Positions 8,856-15,681 of a stretch of 22,955 nt of DNA are shown piece by piece. Every line of letters begins with the position of its first letter. Position 1 is the first letter of the stretch. The stretch covers positions 1-22,955 of the IMG/VR virus record IMGVR_UViG_3300031368_000015. One strand, given 5' to 3'. Under the pieces are notes generated by a model. It searched no databases. It worked only from the letters and a program-made list of their open reading frames with translations, and was not told the DNA's origin. Position numbers and translations under genes: made by a program. This DNA comes from a virus.

Positions 8856-8892
8856 CTGGTACAGGGGAGTAAGTTACAAGATTGTAAGATAT

Positions 8893-9039
8893 GGGGATGA
8901 ATGTTTTGACAGCATGAGAGTAGGGTATCAGGAGAGGACGAAGCTAATTAACCGGCACAAAGGTTATACAACTAATTCCTCAAGGCCGCTTCCAGGAAGC
9001 AGCTTAGCTAGGAGCCTGAGCCCCTTCGGGGGTTTCAGG
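8893..9039 (+). ncRNA. ssrA: tmRNA coding piece (5' tRNA-like strand plus tag reading frame)
   Basis: GGGGATG pairs with CATCTCC (8692-8698), including G3.U70 (Ala identity). A D-loop-like AATGTTTTGA follows, then CAGCATG, which pairs with CATGTTTG. The tag ORF follows, and the piece ends in a cUUCGg hairpin (9015-9039). Confidence 0.85.
8954..9007 (+). other. tmRNA proteolysis-tag reading frame (A)GTKVIQLIPQGRFQEAA*
   Basis: Resume context ATTAACC|GGC keeps U-5, A-4, R-3 and Y-1. There are 17 codons ending GCA GCT TAG. Confidence 0.8.
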
Positions 9040-9053
9040 TAAGTTTCTAAAAC

Positions 9054-9566
9054 GTGATAAAAGATTTGAAACCAATAACTGGATTTGAAAATTATTTAAT
9101 AGATTGTTCAGGTAAAGTATTTAGCCTAAAAAGCAACAAATACCTGAAGCCCGGTGACAACGGGCGCGGATATTTTAAGGTAAATTTATGGCGAAATGGA
9201 AGGCAGTATACTATAACTATTCATAGATTAGTTGCTCAGGCTTTTCTCCCTAATCCTGATAACAAATCATTTATTAACCACAAAGACGGAAATAAACTCA
9301 ACAATACGGTATCTAATTTAGAGTGGGTGACGCCAGCTGAGAATAATCAACATGCTTATGATATAGGCTTAAGAAAATGGTCACCGAATTCGGGCCGAAA
9401 ACTTATTCCTATTAATGTATACGATTATAAAACTGGCGAGTTTAAATCTACCCATGATTCTATAAGTGAAGCTATTGAGCTTTATGATTTAAATTATGGC
9501 GGTGTATGGAGGATGTTACATGGAAAATCGAAACACACAAAAAAATTAACTCTCGCTAAAATATAA
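9054..9566 (+). CDS. NUMOD4-HNH homing endonuclease (I-HmuI-like)
   Basis: GTG start. N-terminal KPITGFENYLIDCSGKVFS (NUMOD4-like), HRLVAQAF...INHKDGNKLNNTVSNLEWVTPAEN (HNH), and a C-terminal NUMOD1-like HDSISEA. Confidence 0.92.
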   Translation: MIKDLKPITGFENYLIDCSGKVFSLKSNKYLKPGDNGRGYFKVNLWRNGRQYTITIHRLVAQAFLPNPDNKSFINHKDGNKLNNTVSNLEWVTPAENNQHAYDIGLRKWSPNSGRKLIPINVYDYKTGEFKSTHDSISEAIELYDLNYGGVWRMLHGKSKHTKKLTLAKI

Positions 9567-9569
9567 CAA

Positions 9570-10286
9570 ATGAAAAAACAAATTTTACAGTTACAAGGTA
9601 GATCACGAACCATTACATCCTTTTTGGATAATCTGAACATTAATGAAAAAACTGTAGAAGAGTATAATAAACTCGGAAATAAAGGTCTGATTCATTGGAC
9701 AGAATGGAGAGAAATTATGCAGGATGAGGAGAAGTACAAAAAGCTTTCTCCCATTGAACAACAAACACTTCATGAAAATTCCCGGTCTTTCACTCAAATG
9801 CTTACCGAACTTGACAATGAGGTTAAATACCTTATCAATACCAAACATACACTTGCCCTTTCTGATTGTCTTAATCATATTCTTTCCGTTAATCAATTAT
9901 TTGATAAACTTGTTGATTTAATGGGTGGTCGTGATGGAAAATTTAGTTTTACCAAACTCAAATATGTTAGAGAAAAAGGTTGGGAAAAAACCTCTTACAA
10001 AGATAAAGTATTTAATCTGGTCACTGAATTAGATCTGCTTACCGAAGATTTTGGTGAATTTATAAATAATCCTGAAAAATTTAATTATGTTCAAATGATC
10101 GTAAATGCGATCATGAATCAAATTTATGTATCCCTTGTACAATCACTGGCATGGCTTAATAGTGAATATGATCGTATAGAGCAAGAAGGGATGCCAAAGG
10201 CTAGAGAATTTAAACTCCCGGAAATCCAGGTACCCAAAATACCGGAAGATGGCGAAACGGATCAGTCAGAAAAACCCAAAGAGTAA
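9570..10286 (+). CDS. Hypothetical helical protein
   Basis: 238-aa ORF packed 3 nt after the HNH gene, with plausible composition. Confidence 0.8.
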   Translation: MKKQILQLQGRSRTITSFLDNLNINEKTVEEYNKLGNKGLIHWTEWREIMQDEEKYKKLSPIEQQTLHENSRSFTQMLTELDNEVKYLINTKHTLALSDCLNHILSVNQLFDKLVDLMGGRDGKFSFTKLKYVREKGWEKTSYKDKVFNLVTELDLLTEDFGEFINNPEKFNYVQMIVNAIMNQIYVSLVQSLAWLNSEYDRIEQEGMPKAREFKLPEIQVPKIPEDGETDQSEKPKE

Positions 10287-10315
10287 TTCTCTAGCTTTTT
10301 TTAAATTTAAAACTT

Positions 10316-10543
10316 ATGCAACTATCAAACAGAAACCGAATAACAGTACATTTATTTTATAATAAAGCAAAATCTATAGGTAAACATATTAAACAATTTA
10401 TTTTGATTAACGTTGAATATGAAGATATACCATTGACAATCCAAAAAATTGTTACGGAGTATTATAATACGTACATTTATTATGAAATCAAAACCATTAC
10501 CGGAATCAAGGAAGAAATATGGGTAAACAGCAAATTGATATGA
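10316..10543 (+). CDS. Hypothetical protein
   Basis: 75 aa, with an AT-rich initiation region (aaatttaaaactt ATG). Confidence 0.65.
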   Translation: MQLSNRNRITVHLFYNKAKSIGKHIKQFILINVEYEDIPLTIQKIVTEYYNTYIYYEIKTITGIKEEIWVNSKLI

Positions 10544-10752
10544 TAAGTACAAACATAATCCCATGGGTAAAAATGGAGAGTGTCAGGACAATCCGGGCAT
10601 TCCGAATTGCCGATTGGCAGATGATGATCATACCCTCTCTACAGAAAAAAGCCTATCATGTAATTATTGATAGGGCCGGTGAGAATGGGCTTCTTGTTAA
10701 TAGATTGATGTCTAAAGAGGATATATTATACGCCTACGGAATCAAGTTATAA
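10540..10752 (+). CDS. Hypothetical protein
   Basis: The ATGA overlap with the previous stop supports a start at 10540 (MISTNIIPWVK...). Confidence 0.65.
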   Translation: MISTNIIPWVKMESVRTIRAFRIADWQMMIIPSLQKKAYHVIIDRAGENGLLVNRLMSKEDILYAYGIKL

Positions 10753-10793
10753 AATACTAGTTTACTTAAATATTTCAATAATACATTAAAGTC

Positions 10794-10931
10794 ATGCCGG
10801 CAGGTTACATTAAAATACGGAACAAATTTATCCGATTCGGATACAGTCGCAAGGAAGCAGAAGAGAAAGCCGCTAAAATTTGGAATGCCAAACATAAGGG
10901 TAGTGAGACAGTTGGAAAAGGCCGTGATTAA
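10794..10931 (+). CDS. Small basic protein (45 aa) not in the ORF track
   Basis: MPAGYIKIRNKFIRFGYSRKEAEEKAAKIWNAKHKGSETVGKGRD*. It fills the intergenic gap and has an AT-rich upstream region. Confidence 0.7.
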   Translation: MPAGYIKIRNKFIRFGYSRKEAEEKAAKIWNAKHKGSETVGKGRD

Positions 10932-10961
10932 AAGTACAAATTTTTTATAAAACTATTTAAG

Positions 10962-11666
10962 ATGGAAACAAAGAAATTACAAGACCTCTCCTTTGAGGCT
11001 CGCTGCGGTTTAATTGCTAAGGTGATACACAGCGCCAATAGAGCATATAATGACGCAATCGGCGGTAAGATTCAGAATCTATCGTGGGAAGAAATTCGTG
11101 AGGAGGAGCGCCAGGGACTCATCAAGGCTGTCATCAGTATGATCAAAGAGCCCAAGACCCCGGAAACATCTCATCAAGCTTGGTGTGAGGCTAGGAAGGC
11201 CGCCGGCTGGACCAAGGATAAGGTTTATAGCCAGCACAGAAAAACTCATCCCAATTTGATTCCTTATGCCGAACTTCCTTTTGAAGAACAGTTCAAGGAT
11301 CATCTATTTATGGGCATTGCCAGCATTTTTGTTGGGGGTCTGGGTATGTTCTACATGCCTGAAGTAATGGGAGATCCAGTAGCTATTGATTCTGAAGATA
11401 CCAAACTCCGCGTTGTGGAGGATGATGAGGATCTGAAAAAGGAAAATGCAGAGCCGGATAATCTTATCAATGGAGTTGACAAGATTTATGAGCCAGTAAC
11501 TACAGATCAGAACCCTGCCGGGTACACAGTCACTGATGCAGCTGAAACCAGATTTGGCGGAAATCCTCCATCAGCGTTAGATCCAAATGTATCTAATTCG
11601 ATTGAAGAGATTAAGCCTAAAGCTAAATCTAAAGCTAAGAAACCGGCCCCTAAAGTAAATAAGTAA
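10962..11666 (+). CDS. RyR-domain protein with a low-complexity C-terminal half
   Basis: SHQAWCEARKAAGW...KTHPNLIPYAELPFEEQFKD matches the RyR repeat pattern (H..W...GW...KTHP.L.PY..L...KD). Confidence 0.8.
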   Translation: METKKLQDLSFEARCGLIAKVIHSANRAYNDAIGGKIQNLSWEEIREEERQGLIKAVISMIKEPKTPETSHQAWCEARKAAGWTKDKVYSQHRKTHPNLIPYAELPFEEQFKDHLFMGIASIFVGGLGMFYMPEVMGDPVAIDSEDTKLRVVEDDEDLKKENAEPDNLINGVDKIYEPVTTDQNPAGYTVTDAAETRFGGNPPSALDPNVSNSIEEIKPKAKSKAKKPAPKVNK

Positions 11667-11676
11667 AAACGATTGG

Positions 11677-11871
11677 ATGGAATATCTAACAGAAGAACAA
11701 CGTTTGAAGCGCATGAAACTGGGCCACACTTGCGGGAGTAGCGATCTACGCAGGCCCCCAGGTGGGCTATCATTTCTAGTCAAGGGGCATTATTCCCTTG
11801 ATGGAACAAGACATAGTGATATTCATTTCGTTGTATCCGAGCGTCCTAAACAATTACCGCCTTATGAATAA
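11677..11871 (+). CDS. Hypothetical protein
   Basis: 64 aa, packed between its neighbours. Confidence 0.5.
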   Translation: MEYLTEEQRLKRMKLGHTCGSSDLRRPPGGLSFLVKGHYSLDGTRHSDIHFVVSERPKQLPPYE

Positions 11872-12025
11872 AGACACAGTATATTGTCCAGGGCATGGAT
11901 GTAGTGCCAAATTGAAATGTGCCCATTATGCGCCCATAATGAAATTTATTTATCAACCATATTTTTTGAAAACCCCAGGTAAAGATGAAACCTGTGAACA
12001 TTTCATTAAAATTGAAGAAAAGTAA
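11864..12025 (+). CDS. Small Cys-rich hypothetical protein
   Basis: MNKDTVYCPGHGCSAKLKCAHY...TCEHF. Start moved to 11864 (8-nt overlap with the previous ORF). Confidence 0.6.
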   Translation: MNKDTVYCPGHGCSAKLKCAHYAPIMKFIYQPYFLKTPGKDETCEHFIKIEEK

Positions 12026-12026
12026 G

Positions 12027-12058
12027 TTTGTTTTTCTCAAAATAAGTATCTAACTTTG
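12027..12058 (+). promoter_or_regulatory. Bacteroidota-type promoter
   Basis: TTTG-N20-TAACTTTG. Confidence 0.7.
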
Positions 12059-12091
12059 TAGAAACTTTCACCTCTCAATAAAAACAGTGTC

Positions 12092-12187
12092 ATGAAAAGA
12101 AAATGGATTGTACAACTGGGAATGTTTGTAATAGCAATGTTGCTATTCATCTTCATAGTAAATACCTGCTCAACTATAGGACTATAA
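12092..12187 (+). CDS. 31-aa single-TM peptide not in the ORF track
   Basis: MKRKWIVQLGMFVIAMLLFIFIVNTCSTIGL*. First ORF after the promoter at 12027; it ends 2 nt before the next ATG. Confidence 0.6.
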   Translation: MKRKWIVQLGMFVIAMLLFIFIVNTCSTIGL

Positions 12188-12189
12188 TA

Positions 12190-12396
12190 ATGAAAATAGG
12201 AAAATTTATAATTTACAAAAACACGGTTCTTCAAATTAGGCCGGCCCAAGAAGAGCCCGGTAAAAAATGCCTTGGATGCTTTTTTGATGGTAGATGTAGA
12301 GACTCTGAGTTTATTACACAGTATTATGGACATCAATGTAGCGTTGATAACTCCATATACGTGAAGGTCGGAAAACTCTTAAAACAGAAAAAATAA
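12190..12396 (+). CDS. Small Cys-containing hypothetical protein
   Basis: MKIGKFIIYK...KCLGCFFDGRC...QCS. Start reassigned to 12190. Confidence 0.65.
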   Translation: MKIGKFIIYKNTVLQIRPAQEEPGKKCLGCFFDGRCRDSEFITQYYGHQCSVDNSIYVKVGKLLKQKK

Positions 12397-13355
12397 TGAC
12401 TACATACTCAACATTTAACCCATCAGCCAAGGATACGTATGTTGTCTTTGATGCACATTATATGGCTGTAATTAATGGAGTTTCCGATTCCTGGAGAGAT
12501 GTAGGATTCCGGATGGCCAGGGCCTATAAATCCTGGGGGGATTATCATCTTTATGAATTACCCATGACGCAATTAATGCGTAAAGAATTCGAAAGTCCTA
12601 ATGATCATAGATATCATATGCAGTATCGCCGGCACCCGCACGTAGAATGGGGCACTGGTGATATGTCCAGGGATCATGTAACTGGTTTACTTTTATTAGC
12701 TTACTTCGGCGTCGAAGATTGCCGACATGAGGCTCTCCTCCGTCTTCAGGATATGATCAAATATTCAACCTGGCGGATCTCAGAGAGACATACATTTACT
12801 ATTGATATGTGGGCCTGGATGAAGGGTATCCTCAACAAACGATGGAGAACTATCTGGTATATCTTGGAAATTCCAATCATGGGCTTAGCCAAAGCATGGA
12901 ATGCCTGGTTACTGAAAAGAGGTAATTTCACTCTTCCGGAACTCAATCAAATAGACTTTGTAATGTCCAGAATCAATTATGATGTCACAGAGAAACAAGC
13001 CAAACTTCGGGAAAAAATGTACCCATATTATTCAGTTGAGACTGTAGCTTGGCAAAATTACATCAATCCGGATTCACCTGGTAAGCGTTGGTTGAGTAAG
13101 ATTATTTTGAAGATGGCTGGTGAGCATAATTATCTTGTACGTCTTCTGTGTGGTGATATGACGGTTACAAAAGACCAGGTCCTCATGTATCTTGAGACGA
13201 CCGGATCTCGTTGGGGTGTTCTTCTTAATGAAGCTTGTCGGAGAACCATAAGGTTCCTTACCAATAAAGAGGCTCAATACAATTGCCTTGAAGGAGATAT
13301 ATTAATAACCATCTGGAATGAGGTTCATCCAGAAGATCAAATCTTAACACGATGA
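12396..13355 (+). CDS. Hypothetical protein (aromatic-rich, mostly helical)
   Basis: 319-aa ORF, translationally coupled on both sides. No motif recognised. Confidence 0.8.
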   Translation: MTTYSTFNPSAKDTYVVFDAHYMAVINGVSDSWRDVGFRMARAYKSWGDYHLYELPMTQLMRKEFESPNDHRYHMQYRRHPHVEWGTGDMSRDHVTGLLLLAYFGVEDCRHEALLRLQDMIKYSTWRISERHTFTIDMWAWMKGILNKRWRTIWYILEIPIMGLAKAWNAWLLKRGNFTLPELNQIDFVMSRINYDVTEKQAKLREKMYPYYSVETVAWQNYINPDSPGKRWLSKIILKMAGEHNYLVRLLCGDMTVTKDQVLMYLETTGSRWGVLLNEACRRTIRFLTNKEAQYNCLEGDILITIWNEVHPEDQILTR

Positions 13356-13951
13356 AAAAACTATTATTTATTTTGATGGTTGCTACTTTAGTGAGCTGCA
13401 ATTGTCTTATGCCTCAGCGAGTTCCGCCACAAACGGTATATGCAACGGATAGCTGTGAAACTGCCCTTCCGAACTATCTTCCCTTCTTTCGTGTAAGAGA
13501 TAATTGTCCTGGACCAATAATTACTCAAACTCCAATTGCCGGTACTGTATTAGACACCGATAATCCTTATGTAGAGGTCCATATCATTGCAACGGATATA
13601 TCAGATAACCGGGATACTGTATCATTCGATGTATTCTTTCAAGATACTATTCCCCCAGTAATCACAGTTGATAGTACATTTCTATCTAACATAGATGCAT
13701 TTGAACTACTGGATCTGGCCCAGGCTTCATTCAGACCGTATATATCTGATTCAGTGTGGAATACACATAATCTTGTAATGATATCATCTCCTAATGGATC
13801 ACACATGGGAGGGTGGTATCATAATAAATATGATATAATTACAGTAACTGAGGAGGATCTTGAGAAACTTGGGTATACAACTTATAGACTTTACTTTACC
13901 GGCCCGGTACCGGCGTCAAAATTTCCGGAATTAGAGTATTCAGATCTTTAA
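13352..13951 (+). CDS. Lipoprotein with a HYR/Ig-like domain
   Basis: Signal peptide with lipobox (MKKLLFILMVATLVS-C). The CxxxxPxY...DNCP...T...G and DTIPPVIT segments are typical of HYR/Ig-like repeats. Confidence 0.75.
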   Translation: MKKLLFILMVATLVSCNCLMPQRVPPQTVYATDSCETALPNYLPFFRVRDNCPGPIITQTPIAGTVLDTDNPYVEVHIIATDISDNRDTVSFDVFFQDTIPPVITVDSTFLSNIDAFELLDLAQASFRPYISDSVWNTHNLVMISSPNGSHMGGWYHNKYDIITVTEEDLEKLGYTTYRLYFTGPVPASKFPELEYSDL

Positions 13952-13961
13952 AACAACAAAT

Positions 13962-14423
13962 ATGAAATATGTAATAGTAGATATCGATGGTACTGTAGCT
14001 CACAGCGCTACTCGCCAAGCTAAGATTCTCCAGCTTCTGGAGGTTACTCCTATTAAGGAGATGCCATGGTCAGAATTATTCAAAGACTGTCAATTGGATA
14101 AACCACTTTGGGTGGTCATTGATTTAATACTCGCAATAGCTAATAAGTACCATATTGTATTTTGCACCAGCCGAAATGAGACATTTAGAGAAAAAACCCG
14201 GGCTTGGATTGATGAATATATTGGTTTATGGAAGGCTCCGCTGCTTATGAGAAAGTCTATAAAGGACCATCGATCAGATAGTATCGTGAAGCCGGAACTC
14301 CTTAAGGAAGCTGGTATTACGACGAAGAATACAGCTTTTATCATTGAAGATAAAAATTCAATAGTTCAAACCTGGCGAGATCTTGGTTTCACAGTTTTAC
14401 AACCAATTAATAACGAATATTAA
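13962..14423 (+). CDS. HAD-superfamily phosphatase resembling the 3'-phosphatase domain of phage polynucleotide kinase
   Basis: IVDIDGTVA (DxDxT), CTSR, LLMR...D, KPEL and IEDK...WRDLG. Confidence 0.88.
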   Translation: MKYVIVDIDGTVAHSATRQAKILQLLEVTPIKEMPWSELFKDCQLDKPLWVVIDLILAIANKYHIVFCTSRNETFREKTRAWIDEYIGLWKAPLLMRKSIKDHRSDSIVKPELLKEAGITTKNTAFIIEDKNSIVQTWRDLGFTVLQPINNEY

Positions 14424-14436
14424 TAAATACAACAAT

Positions 14437-14868
14437 ATGGATTGGTACGAACTTGCTAAATTACTTATGTGGACGCTATTTGCGACCACTTTCACAGCTG
14501 CCGTAGGAGTAGCCTTGGATCTTAAACTTATTAAATCCGGTAAAAAAGCCTGGCTTCGACCCAAGTGGTTATGGAACCTGGTTGAATTTGCAGTCATATT
14601 TGGTTTGATTACCTGGAAATATTCATTCCCATTGCCTTGGTGGCATATGGGCGTATTATATACCATTGCAGCATTTTTCTGGTGGATCTTGCATGACTAT
14701 TGGATCAGTTTGGGACTTACAGGAGATCCTTTCTATCTAGGCCAGGGTAAATTTGACCGGATATTTTTTAAGGTGTTTAATCAATTCGGCCTTCCTGCAG
14801 GATTGAACTTCATGATCGCCAAACTGGTCTGGATGTTTTTAGCGGGTACCGCATTCTTTAGCTTATAA
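14437..14868 (+). CDS. Multi-pass membrane protein
   Basis: About four hydrophobic, Trp-rich segments. Start at MDWYELAK. Confidence 0.75.
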   Translation: MDWYELAKLLMWTLFATTFTAAVGVALDLKLIKSGKKAWLRPKWLWNLVEFAVIFGLITWKYSFPLPWWHMGVLYTIAAFFWWILHDYWISLGLTGDPFYLGQGKFDRIFFKVFNQFGLPAGLNFMIAKLVWMFLAGTAFFSL

Positions 14869-14870
14869 AT

Positions 14871-15071
14871 ATGAACTATTGGGTAATCACAATCGAATCA
14901 CATAAGTTATCAGAAGTACCCAGTTGGGTTGACTTTCTGAAAGACTGTTTTGCCGCCGCAGCTCAGACGTCCGAACCGTTGAGCCAGGCATCTATAAACT
15001 CCCCAGAGGGGAAATTGGAATGCCATTTACTTAGACAACCATTTGATGGACAATTAAAATTAGACCTTTAA
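14871..15071 (+). CDS. Hypothetical protein
   Basis: 66 aa, 2 nt after the previous stop. Confidence 0.65.
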   Translation: MNYWVITIESHKLSEVPSWVDFLKDCFAAAAQTSEPLSQASINSPEGKLECHLLRQPFDGQLKLDL

Positions 15072-15082
15072 AATCATTAATC

Positions 15083-15244
15083 ATGAACAAGCACACTAAA
15101 ACTTACACAATTTCAGATATGGAACGAGCTTTAATTAGCCAGGGCATGTTACCCCCGTTTGCACAAATAAATCGTATTGATGTACACGATGATAGGTGTA
15201 TTGTTGATATTTTATTTGAGGCGGATGATTGTATTAAGAAATAA
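15083..15244 (+). CDS. Hypothetical protein (53 aa) not in the ORF track
   Basis: MNKHTKTYTISDMERALISQGMLPPFAQINRIDVHDDRCIVDILFEADDCIKK*. It fills the gap. Confidence 0.65.
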   Translation: MNKHTKTYTISDMERALISQGMLPPFAQINRIDVHDDRCIVDILFEADDCIKK

Positions 15245-15258
15245 AATGATTATCTTTG
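15229..15258 (+). promoter_or_regulatory. Bacteroidota-type promoter
   Basis: TTG-N19-TATCTTTG upstream of the holin-like gene. Confidence 0.65.
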
Positions 15259-15296
15259 TATTGAATTATTAAATCCTTTTATAAATCTATTGTACT

Positions 15297-15524
15297 ATGA
15301 AATTCAGTTTGAATTTTAAGAAAAATCCCATCACTACGGTGGTTGGTTTATTGTTAATCGTTGTGGGTCTATTTCCTTATATCTTCCCCGGAAGAGTAAG
15401 TTTGGACGAAGCAGGTCAGCTTCAAGGGCTGGTCACTAACCTGGGCGCGGGTGTGGAAAGTGTGGTTGAGATCGTAGCGGGTATCATTGCCATTTTCGCA
15501 AAAGACGTTGCAGCAAAAGCATAA
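15297..15524 (+). CDS. Small two-TM protein, holin-like
   Basis: The KKNPITTVVGLLLIVVGL...VAGIIAIFAKD pattern is common in small phage holin-like proteins. No endolysin is present in the window. Confidence 0.55.
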   Translation: MKFSLNFKKNPITTVVGLLLIVVGLFPYIFPGRVSLDEAGQLQGLVTNLGAGVESVVEIVAGIIAIFAKDVAAKA

Positions 15525-15554
15525 CAAAGAGTTATTTCATATGCTATGTTTTTT

Positions 15555-15590
15555 CCTCTCCTTGGGCTACATGCCGGGGAGGGGGTTTTT
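15555..15590 (+). terminator. Rho-independent terminator
   Basis: 11-bp stem CCTCTCCTTGG/CCGGGGAGGGG (with G.U pairs) followed by TTTTTATTTT. Confidence 0.8.
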
Positions 15591-15612
15591 ATTTTATGCA
15601 CTGAATTTTAAT

Positions 15613-15641
15613 TTGACATACTAGCAAAAAAGATGTATCTT
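15613..15641 (+). promoter_or_regulatory. Sigma70-like promoter for the protease gene
   Basis: TTGACA-N17-TATCTT. Confidence 0.55.
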
Positions 15642-15681
15642 GTACACTCCAATTTTTTAATTTTTTATTATATTAAGTGAC

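Noticed and set aside
8985-9004. SRP RNA motif (GGAAGCAGC)
   Set aside because: It lacks the CAGG...GNRA domain IV stem and is explained as the GAA GCA GCT codons of the tag.
8728-9042. 104-aa ORF from the track (and 8631-8819 on the minus strand)
   Set aside because: It overlaps the tmRNA pieces and tag frame, has an odd Arg-rich composition and lacks a typical start context. It is best explained as a shadow of a GC-rich RNA gene.
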